From: Paraspadella gotoi | Taxonomy: Eukaryota; Animalia; Chaetognatha | Assembly: GCA_051294375.1 (NCBI GenBank) | Contig: CM119266.1 | Coordinates: 2,037,380 to 2,101,379, forward strand | Length of the DNA: 64,000 nt | Direction of reading: 5' to 3' | Shown here: positions 11,201 to 23,662 of the stretch, piece after piece | Numbering within the stretch: the first letter of the stretch is position 1 | Layout: each line of letters starts with the position of its first letter | Notes under the pieces: model-generated | Seen by the model: the letters and a program-made list of their open reading frames with translations, nothing else | Told to the model about the DNA's origin: nothing | Databases searched by the model: none | Translations under genes and position numbers: made by a program

Positions 11201-14200
11201 AAACAAAGAAAGTAGTCTTAACCAAAAAGATAAGGAAATAGTTAAACAATTACTAAATATTTTATTTACAACCAAAGCAGAACTTAAATCACATTCTGTT
11301 TTGGCACTAGATCGTCAGAATATACTTAGAAAATGCAATACGCTTTACTACAGCCCTATCAAAAATAAAAAAATAGCTTCAGACCTCTTTTTTGAAGTGT
11401 CATCTGAATTATCTCCAGAACTTATAAAATATTTATCAATACCTAACATGGAAACTCAAATAATGAGTCAATTCATTAACCCTTTGCATCCAATTTATAA
11501 AGAATTTGGACAGAAAGTGAATCTTGTTACAAGATTAAAAAATATTCTAGAAGATTACCCCAAAGATTATGGTATTTTTAAAGAATTAATTCAAAATGCA
11601 GATGATGCTGAAGCATCAGAGATTCATTTTATCATTGATCAAAGAAATCTGTGCCTTCAAAATATTTTTCACAATAGCTGGAAAAGAGCTCAAGGGCCAG
11701 CCCTATTAGTGTATAACAACAAGCCATTCTCAGAAAAAGATTTTGAAGGAATCCAAAACATTGGACTTGGTTCAAAAATAAACGATTCTAATAAAACTGG
11801 ACAATATGGGATTGGTTTCAATTCAGTTTATCACATAACAGATGTGCCTTCAATTCTTTCTGATGATAAAACATTAGCAATAATGGATCCATTATGTGAA
11901 TATGTCCCAACTGCAAATAAAGGTTCTCCAGGAGCATTGATTGATACACATGATTGGAAAAATGAATATTCAGATGTATATGACGGGTACTTGCCTCAAT
12001 TTTTTACTTTAAAAGGAGGAACTATGTTTCGTCTTCCTTTACGCATCAAAGATAATTCTCTAGGAAAGCGGTGTTCAATAGAAGAAATTGAAGAATTGAA
12101 AAAACTTTTTATTGTTGAAGCGGAAAAATCTTTACTCTTTTTAAAGTGTTTAAAAAAAATAAGTTTTTCAACAATAGCTAATAGTAAAGATACATTGATC
12201 GATAAAGTTACATTTTGTATTGAGATAGAAAAAGATAAACAAGATGAATATGAAAATTTTTTGGAAAAATGTAAAAAAAATAATATAAAACTACAAGATA
12301 AATCAATTACCATGAATAAAATTCCATTTTTCTATTTACTATATACAGCAACGACTTTTGCAGTTGATTGTTATTCAAAATCTACCAACAAGTGGTATAT
12401 TGTCCAAGGCTATGGAACCACTGAGAAAGATATTACCCAAAGCTTGCTAGAAAGTTTAAAAAAAGATAAAATGACTTGGACACCGAGAGTCGGTGTAGCT
12501 GTTTCACTGAATAAAAAAAGTTTTCAAAATGACCAAAAAAAAATATTTTGTTTCTTACCAATACCTGTAACTACAAACCTACCAGTTCATATAAATGGAC
12601 ACTTTGCTATAGATTCATCACGTAGAAACCTGTGGCAATCCTCATACAACAATTCATTTCAAGACGAGTGGAATAATCTTCTATTAAACAAATTAATACC
12701 ATATTGTTACTTACATCTTATGATGGAATTGAGATATGAGGTCCTTCATCTTGAAGATTACTGGAAATTGTTTCCACTTCAACATCAATTAGACAATTCT
12801 TGGAAGGTGGTATCAAAAGGATTTTTCAGTTTGATTGAACAAAAAAATCCCCCTATTTTTATGACAAAAGCTTCTGGCAAAAGCTGCCCATGGGTATCAG
12901 TTATGGATGAAAACTCTGATTATAACGAAACTATAGGTTTTTTTTCTAATAGCCTTGATCCAGGTCTTGAATCAATTCTTCTTAATGTTGGACTGCCAAT
13001 CATAAATTTTACTCCAAATTATAAAACTGACTGGTTTTTACAAAACTTTGATTCAAAAGTACTCATTATTAATCCATACCACCTATCAAATTTCCTTCTA
13101 AATCATACAGCTAATTTTCAATCTCAGCTACCTTTAATGATTACTGATACCCCCTTCCAGAACACTAAAGTCATTGAAGCTATTATTTCCTATCTAATAA
13201 AAGACGAGGAAGTCTCTCTAGAAAATTTACCTTTAAATATAACACAGGATGGAATGCTTAGTACTTTTAATAAAAAGATTTATGTCAGTAGTTTTGCAAG
13301 TTTATTTCCAAATAATGCAAATCTTTTTACACATTCAGATATTTTCAAATTTCTTAAGAGTTCTGGCTTACTTGAAAGAAAATCTGTTTCACAGGTTTTT
13401 TGTTATTTTAAAATTCCTGAATTTCAAATGCTCTTTCAGGAAGAATTTTCAGATTATGCTCAAGGAGAACCAGTGTTACCCAAGCACAATATAAATTGGT
13501 TGAAAACTGTTTGGGATTTCATTTCCTTGAACATCCCAAGGCGTTCAGATCTGAACTATAGTTTGGATGACTTTTTAGCTTTACAAAAGTTTAGCCTAAT
13601 TCCGGCAGAAAAAAATGGAAATATAAAATGGTATCCAATTTCTTATGCTAAAACTATTTTTTTGGCTCAATATGGGGATATGTTGTATGAAACTATTAAG
13701 AAAAAGCAAGGCCTGATTCTTAGTTTTCAAAAACAGATATTGAAAGATTTAGTGGCTAGAGAGGACAACCCTGAATCAATGATTATTTTGTTGGAAAATA
13801 TGTTTGATGACCAAACAATCGAATTATCATCTCTGGATTATTATAATATTCTAAAATACTTAAATTATAATATAAAAAGGCTTTTAGACCAAAATTTAAT
13901 AAAAAAAATAAAGTTTTTCCCAATATTTAAAAGACTTGATGATAATTATGTCAGTATCAAAAATAAATGCCCAATCATTGTGATGGGATGTAAAGTTTAC
14001 AGTGAAATTGAAAAATTGACTGAATCAAATACAGTCTTTTTGCAATGGACTATTTATAATGATCTTTATAAAAGTTTACAATTTGAAGAGATTGATGAAA
14101 TAGAGTTTTATCAACGGTTTGTTTTACCTGTATTTACAAGTTTAGAAAACAAAAGTAGAATATTCCATTTAACCCGTATGAATGACATTTTAAAAAAGCT

Positions 14201-17200
14201 ATTGGCTGAACCAAAAGCAAGTCAAAGCAAACCTAAGCAAATTTTTTCTAAGACACTTTCTAGTGCAAAATTGATTGAATTTAATGGCAGCTATGTGCAA
14301 TGCTCACAATTTTTTGATCATAATATTAATTTGTTTTCAAAATTCGGAAAAGTAACAGACTTGCTTCTTCCTGAAGTTTACAGAAAACATGATTTGTATA
14401 CATTGATGAAGCATAATGGATTGCTTGACGACTGTAGTAACTCAAAGTTGCTAGAACTGTGCGAAGTTTTAAAAATAATTCCTGATCTACATGAAAAAAA
14501 ACAACTGGGTATTATATTACTTGAATTTATATTTACAAGACATAATGAAAAATTGCTGAATGATATGAATTTTTGGAATAACTTCTCAGAAAAAGAGTTT
14601 ATCATTCCAGAACCAACAATGGATAGTAATTTTATATTTACTCAGTTAACACACTCTATGTGTTTTAAAAATTCTGTTCCACCCTATTATAGGGATATTT
14701 GCTTCAGTACTTGCAATGTATTGCCTCAATATGCTTTTGAAATCATTCCACCGAAATATCTAAAATACCTAATAGTTCTGCCAAACCCTGATGTTAGGAG
14801 TGTTATTGCCCATATGAAAAATTTACTTCATGAAGAAGAATTCCAAAAACCAGAAAAGAAATTAACTTCAAAGAGAAATACAATACTAAATAATATATAC
14901 AGCTTTTTGGTAAGTAATATGAATAAAATATCTCAAATCGAACATGAATTACTTACAGATATTCCTTATGTTTTGGTGAACAATAATAGTATGCTTGTTT
15001 TAGCAAAACAAGTTGTTCAGCATCTAAACATGAGCTATTATTATTTATATCCCTGTCCCTGTGAAAACTGGGGCTATATGCAACTATTTATGAAGCATGG
15101 TTCCACGATAAACATATCTCTTGATCAAATTGCTTTTTCTTTGGAGATGCTCTACAAGTTTAAATCCCAAAATCAAGCAACGGATTCTGAAAAAAGCTTT
15201 GTTTCAAAAGTGTTAAAAGAAATTCTTAATCAGCTAAAACAAGGAAACAAATTTGAAACTACAAAAAATCTATATCTACTTTCAGAAGAATCTAAGTTCT
15301 CTAAAAGCACTGATTTATTTATAGCTCAAAATACAGGAGACATTGATCCAGATAAGTTACTCTTTGTTGGTTCTTTGAATTCAGATGAAATAAGGCATCT
15401 ATGCCATTTTTTGCCAGAAAACCTTAAACCTAAATCTGTTCAACAATTTACAAATGAAGTTATAACGTACTCAAATAAATGTAATTTGGATACAAAATGT
15501 GAAGGTCGGCAGAGTGTTTACTTAAAGCTACGATCCAAAGAGTTTATAGAATCTCTTGTGCGACTTGCCATTGATAAAAAAATTATTGAAGGATTCCCTA
15601 TTTTTCATCAGTTGAAAAAAATATTTAATACTTCTGAAGTCATTTGTGTGCAGAATCTGTCATCTGAATTATTGGAACAAAACAAACAAATTTTAAGCAG
15701 TGAAAAATTTATTCATTATGATTTTTCAGGTGGTATCATATCAATATATATTGAGCATGCCTTTTACGAAGATGATAATTTTTTTTCTAAACTATCGGAA
15801 AATTTGATAGAAATCTTAGAGGAAGTGGATGTTAAAGTTGAACCAAAAAAAATACCAAAACTATCCTATTTACTTAAATGTGCAAATAATGAAATCCATG
15901 CATTTTTAGATAAAGACAGAATAGATTCCTGGTTCAGTGAAAATCCTGGGAAAATTCTTGATGTAGAACTACCTAAATTTGAAATGAAGGAAAGTATGTA
16001 TCAAGATCAAGCAGATCCAGAAATTCAAGCTGAGATCACAACCTGGTTATTTGAGATTAAAAATAAGTTTTCCCAAAATATACCTGATATGGTGAGCGCG
16101 TTTCAAAAACTTTGGGTTAATACGAGAACAAAAAAAAGTTTCTTTATAATGCATTTTTTAGAAAAAAAAATTAAAGATATATTTGAAGAATTGCATATAG
16201 CTGATTTCAACAATGTTCACAAAAATTGGGTAACACAATATACCATAGATCAAACCAGATACTTCAAATTTTTAAAAAGTTATTCAGATAATAACACAGT
16301 AAATGATTTAGCTCAATCAGATACAATTCTACATCATTTTTTAGAGGAGAAAGGACAAAGTGGATGCGAGATTTCAAGAGACATTCATTGGCTCCTTTGG
16401 CAAAGTAAAGTTTCAGAAAATGGAAATTTAGATTTCACTCCATTTTGTAATGGAGAAGCAATTGGATACCGAAGGTCAGAAAAATACTTTTATGCCAAAA
16501 TAATTGAGGTTTCTTCATCAGAAGAAAACATATGGAACAGAAAATTCAAGATAAAATGTGGAGATGATATAATTGATGCTCACTATACTGAATTGTTTCA
16601 TTTTCATGATTCTAATTCAATAACTTTTTTAAATCCGATTGACCAAGATTTCGCTCAGAAACAAGTAGAAACCATTTTTAGTGAATCTGATTCTTTTCCA
16701 CTGCAAAAATCTATTAACCGAATGATATGCGAGAGCTGGAGTCCAGAACGACATCCTCATGATCAAGCAACAGCCAAATTAGTTTTTAATCATGTGCAAA
16801 ATCTTATTGGAAATTCCCCTTTTGCTGAACATTTGGATTACTGGAATGCTACTTGTGAAGATGTGTTTGAAACTGTAAATATCGTAAGAAAACACGTCAC
16901 ATATGTTTATAAAACAAGAAGTAGATCAAGTCCCAGAAGAAGGCCACGACAAGGAGTTTTGCAAAATCCATTTGTAAAAACTTACCAAACATTTTTTGAG
17001 GACTTCAGTCCGTCTCCATCCCACATACAGAGTATAAGACCTACTGATGAGTACAAAGTTTGGGAACGACAAGCAAAAATTGATTTTGAGGCTTCACATA
17101 TGGATAATTTTAATTGTTGGACAGTCTATAAATGTTATCAGGTAAACAAGTGGTTTTTTTTTACCCGCACCCTCATTAAAAATAATTGGTTTTAATGTTT

Positions 17201-17662
17201 TATAATAGGCCGTCGAAAAATTATTGAAGTCTGTCCTTTTCAAAGAAGGTTCAATTATTAAAAATCAGACGACGCTGTATAGTCATAATCTGATACAAAT
17301 ACGACTGCTTATCAGTGACAAGGATCTGAATAAAAGTCTGATATCTCCCATTCAAGAGGTAACATATGTTTTATGCAATTTATATAATTAAAATATCATT
17401 AAATGATTAAGATAATCTAGATTTCAAAAATATCAACAGAAGTTAATTTGGAACTTCTTTCTTATAACAAATTTTGATTATACACGTTATTTTTTGACAG
17501 CTTCAATTGCTTTTACGCAATGACCAAATCATGCGTTACCCCGATATTGCTGATCATCCTTCCACTCCATCCGATATCATTTCTGATGAAATGACAGAAA
17601 AAGTAAAGAGCTTAACTGCAGAGGTATTTCAACTCGTAGAGAAAGGTTGTGTCCTGAACTAA
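5233..17662 (+). CDS. SACS: Sacsin-like protein (about 3020 aa): two sacsin repeat regions with GHKL/HSP90-like ATPase domains, degenerate J-domain, C-terminal HEPN; exons 5233-5402, 8561-17141, 17209-17358, 17501-17662
   Basis: Exon 1 encodes GQSEPLTQRINRLLTEY...KELIQNADDAGATE. The giant exon has QGPALLAFNN...KVGRFGLGFNAVY and a second repeat FGQKVNLVTRLKNILEDY...KELIQNADDA...KTGQYGIGFNSVY. Also J-like SINRMICESWSPERHP...LVFNHVQN and HEPN WERQAKIDF...YKCYQ/AVEKLLKS...SHNL...MRYPD. Splice phases are consistent (9063 nt total). SACS-like family member; orthology not established. Confidence 0.93.
5431..6288. mobile_element. Non-autonomous TIR DNA transposon (MITE, Tc1/mariner-type) in sacsin intron 1
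   Basis: TIRs CAAGGTGACACACGACAG and CAAGGTAACACACAACAG (reverse complement at 6271-6288), flanked by TA at 5429-5430 and 6289-6290. Excision rejoins the G-rich intron start (ggggaata|gtgagggaag). No ORF. Confidence 0.8.
6564..8484 (-). mobile_element. Helentron-associated non-autonomous element (HINE/DINE-1-like), outer copy
   Basis: On the minus strand: 5' subTIR GTCGGATCTGC near 8480, GTCC microsatellite, about 150 bp central repeats, 3' subTIR GCAGATCCGAC plus GTTTGCTCAAAC stem-loop at 6564-6592. Interrupted by a second copy. Confidence 0.8.
6902..7624 (+). mobile_element. HINE/DINE-1-like element, inner copy nested in opposite orientation
   Basis: 5' GTCGGATCTGC-ttatca-GCAGATCCCGAC hairpin, GTCC/GTCT microsatellite at about 7041-7075, two central repeats, 3' GCAGATCCGACATTGTTTGCTCAAACTTGTT. 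Inserted in a T-run with no target duplication. Confidence 0.85.
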
Positions 17663-18159
17663 CTCTTTATGAAATAATGCCTTTCTTTCTTTTTCTTTTG
17701 CCAATACTTTATTTTTGCTAAAATTACCTTACAAGCACTGATATAAACTTTTGATAGAAATTTTGTTTTTCTAAGTATGCATGTCTATTGTCTAGTATAT
17801 TTAGTAGAACTGCTTTTTAAACAAAACTTTTTGTGATTGTAGAGACTTTACTGGCATAATGTGAAACTTCATCGTGACAACCATGATAAAATACATGTGA
17901 TAAATTTCAGATTATGTATTTTTCTAGCGAAGGAAATTTTGAAGATGTATTCATTTGCAAACCTTTTAACCATAATTCTTGTAAATATTGTCATGTATTT
18001 TCGCCGAATAAAATCAGTATGATTTTTATTGTTTGTATCATTTCGTCTATGCAACCATAAAATTTAAAAAGCTTAATGATAGTCGGTTTTGAAATTTTCG
18101 GTTTGGCATTTGTATGATCTATAATACAACATATTTTCGGACAGGCTGTAATATCGTGT

Positions 18160-18303
18160 TACAGGCGGGTTAAGCGCCCCGTCCCTCTTAACTGCTAGGC
18201 GGCCACCGGCTAGAACCCCGGACCTTTGGCTTGGAGGCGAATGACTGCCTCCGGCACCAATGGCCGCTGATGAACGGTGGTGATTTTAGTCCACCCTAGA
18301 GTC
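18160..18303 (-). mobile_element. Probable tRNA-derived SINE fragment
   Basis: GC-rich island with a minus-strand B-box-like GGTTCTAGCC preceded by a tRNA-like arm; no complete cloverleaf. Confidence 0.3.
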
Positions 18304-18718
18304 TTCTTTATTTAGTTTTTTTTTTAAGAGGTCAAATTTGAAACTTTATCAATTCAATTTTCCAACTTTTTCTGATGATTAAACAGTACTTAAAATTAAA
18401 GCGCAAATAAATATGAGGTATGTAGCACTTTCTCTCCTCTTTAAAGTGAAATATAATTTAAGTTAATTCAAATATCAAAATACCACTGAGAGCTAAAAAA
18501 TGTAAATCAAGGGTATTAAAAAAGTAGTTAAGCATAAGTGATATTATTGTTCAAAGTCTCTAGGGTGAAGGGACTCTGAGATATCCCCACAGGAAATGTT
18601 GCAATTGAGAAAAATCATATTGTAAAAGAGAGAATCAGAACGAGAGATTAAATTAAATTGAAAAAAAATATATATGTTCTGTTTTGACTAAAATCGTATG
18701 CTATATGTTAGGTAATAC

Positions 18719-18754
<36 letters not shown>

Positions 18755-19264
18755 AGAAGCCCCATTCTGCCGTGAATAAATAAGGTAACGCGTCGAGACG
18801 TGGGCTTTTACCCCGGATGTCAGAACGGCTTTCTAGTTAACGGATGTAATTGAAAATAATGATTTCATATCGGAGAATTATAATTCGATAGTTAAACTTG
18901 GCTTCGTATTATTTAAAAATGAATCACCTCCGGATCACGAACGAATGCAACCGATGAAATCATCGACCCGTGAATCCTGTGAGAGTTTATTGGAACTGGA
19001 TCCAATGTTGTGAGTTTCGTTGTCATTGGTAGCGTTAATATTGTATAAAGAAAACAGATTCGGGTCAGTTAAAGCGGACATAATATTAACGTAATATTAA
19101 CGTGTATTATAATGGGAAAAGAAAGATGGGAGGGGGTGTTTCTCATGTTGACTCATTCTCGCGTTTTCCGTCCATTGTTGCGAGAGAGAGAGAGAGAGAG
19201 ATAGATGTAATGAAATATAGGAGGGAAAGGGAGAGGGCAGAGATGAAGCAAGGAAAGGGAGAGC

Positions 19265-19503
19265 AGAGAAATAGAGAGTGGTAGGGAGAGAGGGACAGAG
19301 AGAGAGCGAGCGAGCTGTGACCGATCCCGGTGAAAGTGAAATAAAGAAGAGAAATAGAGAGTGGTAGGTAGAGAGAGACAGAGAGCGAGCGAGCTGTGAC
19401 CGATCCCGGTGAAAGTGAAAGAAAGAAGAGAAATAGAGAGTGGTCGGGAGAGAGAGAGGCAGAGAGAGAGCGAGCGAGCCGTGACCGATCCCGGTGAAAG
19501 TGA
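19265..19503 (+). repeat. Three tandem copies of a roughly 85 bp GA-rich unit with conserved core GCGAGCGAGCYGTGACCGATCCCGGTGAAAGTGA, upstream of the TRPM start
   Basis: Core visible three times (about 19306-19339, 19385-19418, 19470-19503). Confidence 0.85.
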
Positions 19504-19781
19504 TGGTAACCGATGTCGATTCGCGACCCAAAACACGAAACCAACGCGAAAAGTAGAAATAGAAAGAAACAAAACGAAAATAAAAAAGAAGAAAAAAGAA
19601 TTAAAAGGGAAATAAAAAAAAATACGTGAGGAGTGAGGCCGACGAAAAACGCAGTCGAAGCGAATTTACGTTTCCGACTCCGGACGAGAAATCAATGAGA
19701 AACAAAACCCATGACAATAATTCAATATTAATTTTATTTTAAATATATACATCAAAAATCCTTATTTCATCGCCTTACGGG

Positions 19782-22700
19782 ATGGAAAATTCTACGAAAT
19801 GTACGACCATTGACATGGTAAGTTTTGGAATTCGTCCACAAGGTAAGTCTAAAAAAAAAATAAACAGCAATCTTAATTGTTAAATTGTGTAATAATAGAA
19901 ATTCTAAAACCCCACGATTGTCGAACCAAAAGTTTTTATTTCGGCCTCTTACACCAATCTCCAGTCTCCAGTCTCACAGTCTCACAAAACAATATAGTAT
20001 GGCAACGGGGAGACGTGTGTGACGCCTGGGGTGTGAGGCATCTTCCGACAGCTGGCGCTGCAGTGACCACTGGTGTTTATGCCGACACCGTCACACTTTA
20101 ACAAGTGTGTCCCTGAGGGGGTTGAACCCGGAACTCACGGTTGGTGAATGAGTACTGAGTTGTCCATTGTCCAAGTCAATGGGACGAGCTAAGTTTCTCC
20201 AAGCTATACGGGAGGCGAATTTAGGATTCGCCACAATAGTTTTAAATGATAATTATGATAATTTCATGTATTATAAAATAGAAAACTTTTTCTTTTTAAA
20301 ATTAAAGTCCTCCACTAATTTTAGTCAAGCGTTGATTTTATACTTCATTTTCATCCACTACATCAACTTTAATCCACCACATCATTTTCATCCACTACAT
20401 CAACTTTAATCCACCACATCATTTTCATCCACTACATCAACTTTTATCCATCACATTTTCCTAATCCATCACTTTAATTTCAAAACACCTCAACAAATTT
20501 AACCCCCTCACATTTTCATCCACCACATCATCTCCAATCAACCGCATCATCTCTCATCCACTACATCACCACCCATTCTTCCCATCACCATCCCCTCCAC
20601 CCTCAGTCCGCCGCCTCCTCTCCCCAGCGCCGCGCGTCTCTCTTGGCGTCTAAATTCCGGCGCCGCGAATGCGTCGTCTTCGTCGCCGAAACGAAAGACG
20701 GCGCCGCCGACGACGAGAAGCGGCGCGACGTCACTCCGGAAGTGGGCGTGGCCGGTGACGTCCCGAAGGAGACGAAAGGGGAGGAGGGGGAGAGGAAGGA
20801 GAAGAGGGAAGTGGAGAGGGAGAGAGAGGGTGAGTACTGACTACTGAGTAGAGAGAGAGAGAGAGAGAGATGTCGATTCTTCAGAAAGGAATACATAATA
20901 AGTGATACATAATAAGTAATACATAATAATTAATAACACTTCAGTGAGTGATTAATTAGTGATTAGTGATTAGTTATCGGTCTTTTCTTTAATCCCTAAT
21001 GTTTTGGTATATTTTAGTGAAAACTTTTCACGCTTTTGACAATTGCGCCGGATCTTACTGGTCGGTCGCCATGTTAGATTTTTTTTTCTCTTTTCAGCAG
21101 AATAGAACCGTCGAGATTCCCCCATCTCCATCACGCATTTCTATTTCCCCTACTGCTCACCCCACCCCACTCTCCCTCCCCAAATTTTCCAACCCACCAA
21201 GCCTGGCTCCCCTCCACCTTCCTTCATCCTTCTCCGCTGGAGCAACCCTTCCGCTCCCCTCGGCCCGCCCGCTTCTCAAAGGAATCCACTCAGACTCGCG
21301 CGCCGACGCCGCCGACGCCGCCGACGCCGCGGACGACGATGCCTCGACTTCGGCGTCGACGAGCGACTTGGAGTCGGAATCCGGAGTCGATGATCTGGAG
21401 GAGAGACGGTGTTGCTGCGGAAGGCTGGAGTCGGGACACGGAGTCGGGATTGTGGGTGATGGAGTTGGGAGGTGAGGTTTGGCAAGGTGTGAAGTTTTTG
21501 GGCAATAGGGTAAAAGTCTGGAGATGGGCGTTGGGTAGGCCGAGGTTAAACCGGTAATTAACGGGCTTGATAGGGTGGTAAGCTTGATGATTGTTTTTTT
21601 GTTTTACCCAAATCAACTTATGAGTCATTATGAGGTTAGGCAAGGACCCACATGTCTTTTTTTGTCTTGCAGCTCCGAGGTCACGTGGACGTGCGAGTCC
21701 TGCACCGCTCTTCATCCGACTAACGCCTTCGGAAGTCTGCAGTTCTTCGTCAACGACAGGCCGGACAAAAGCACGACGCTGCGACACGAGTAAATGATAT
21801 GATAGTTGATACCTGAATGTTCGAAATTAAGCTAATAATAAATGAGTAAGGTTATAAGATTGTAATTTCAAAATATCTAAAAGAATTTTAATTATTTTTC
21901 GCATTCAGCTATATTCGCCTGGCTCTGCCTGACGACTTTGATGGACCCGAAGGCGCTGAGTTTATGGAGAACGTCTCCGCCTGGTTGACGGGCGTCTGGG
22001 GACTCAAGCCGCCCTCTCTGGTCCTCTCTATCAAAGGGCCGATGGAAGGTGAAAAGTTAATCATTCGTTTTTTTTATTCATTAATTCAGTTATTTATTTC
22101 ATTCGTTCATTCATTCGATCAGGCTGCGCAGAGCCCAACAACATCTTCCACCTTGACGACGCTGTTGAAGAGCCACTCCAGCAGCTTCTCCACTCGGTGC
22201 TGGAGAAAACCTCGGACGTCTGGATCCTCACCTCGGGACTCTGGGACACACTCGGCGATCTCGTCGGGAAGAGCGTCAAGGATTTTAGTCTGACGTCGGA
22301 GGAGCGCAACGAAGGAGTCGGGGTGAGTGATTTTAGGTTGGAGGTGAGTGATTGGAGCGTGGGATGAGTGATTCAAAGCTCGGGGTTTAGTGATTTGAGT
22401 GTCGTGGTTGAGTGATTTTAGGTTGGGTGAGTTATTGGAGAGTTGGGATGAGTGATTCAAAGTCGGGGTTAGTGATTTGAGGTCGTGGGAGAGTGATTTT
22501 AAGCTCGGGGTGAGTGATTTTAAGTCGGGGTGAGTGATTTTAAGTTGGGGTGAGTGATTGGAGGTCGTGGTGAGTGATTTTAAGTTGGGGTGAGTGAATG
22601 GAGGTTGGGATGAGTGAATTCAAAGTGGGGGTGAGTGATTTGAGGTCGTGGTGAGTGATTTTAAGTTGGGGTGAGTGATTGGAGGTTGGGATGAGTGATT

Positions 22701-23627
22701 CAAAGTCGGGGTGAGTGATTTGAGGTCGTGGTGAGTGATTTTAAGTTGGGGTGAGTGATTGGAGGTTGGGATGAGTGATTCAAAGTCGGGGTGAGTGATT
22801 TGAGGTCGTGGTGAGTGATTTTAAGTTTGGGTGAGTGATTGGAGGTTGGGATGAGTGATTTCAAAGTCGGGTGAGTGATTTGAGGTCGTGGTGAGTGATT
22901 TTAAGTTGGGTGAGTGAATGGAGGTTGGGATGAGTGATTCAAAGTCGGGTGTGAGTGATTTGAGGTCGTGGTGAGTGATTTTAAGTTGGGGTGAGTGATT
23001 GGAGGTTGGGATGAGTGATTCAAAGTCGGGGTGAGTGATTTGTAGGTCGAATGCGTGAGTGATTTTAAGTTGGGTGAGTTGATTGGAGGTTGGGATGAGT
23101 GATTCAAAGTCGGGGTGAGTGATTTGAGGTCGTGGTGAGTGATTTTAAGTTGGGGTGAGTGATTGGAGGTTGGGATGAGTGATTCAAAGTCGGGGTTAGT
23201 GATTTTAGGTCGTGGTGAGATTGAAATCGCAGTGAGTGATTTGGAGTCGGTGTTATGATTTGAGATTTCAGAATGATTCGAGGTGAAGTGATGACTCACC
23301 AAGGGTCTGAAAAGAAATCAGAAAGAATCCGCAACGCAATTTGTCAATTTTCCAAACCCAGGCCTTTCTCTTTTACCCAGGTAACCCTAATCGGGACGGC
23401 GCCGTGGGGCGCGGTGGCCGAAGCCGAGACGTTGGAACGGCGGGACGACGCTGCGGCGCCATCGACGCCGCTGCGAACGCCTTACCACGTCCCTTCGAAA
23501 ACCGGCGCCGCCAAACATCGACTCTTGAATCCGAATGTGAATGGATTTTTTCTCGTCGACGATGGAACAATTGGGAAAGACGAAGGAAGCGCGGAGGAGT
23601 TCCGTTTGAGGCTGGAGGAGGTTCGAA

Positions 23628-23662
<35 letters not shown>

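Noticed and set aside
9575-14605. Short antisense and alternative-frame ORFs inside the sacsin exon
   Set aside because: Expected shadow ORFs with no recognisable motifs or splice support.
8604-17195. ORF-track 2863 aa protein as a complete single-exon gene, or as a horizontally acquired gene
   Set aside because: The first ATPase N-box lies in an upstream exon (5233-5402) and the HEPN domain continues in two downstream exons with canonical splice sites. The domain order is that of animal sacsin, and a giant exon is known for SACS.
18160-18303. CTGATGA hammerhead core or HDV-like ribozyme
   Set aside because: No GAAA after the hairpin and no P2 partner for an HDV fold.
19265-19503. CRISPR-like repeat-spacer pattern (also considered for 22323-23260 and 50524-50790)
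   Set aside because: Inter-repeat sequences are copies of each other rather than unique spacers; the context is eukaryotic and there are no cas genes.
19995-20190. Functional tRNA gene
   Set aside because: A- and B-box-like motifs are present but there is no complete cloverleaf; treated as a SINE head.
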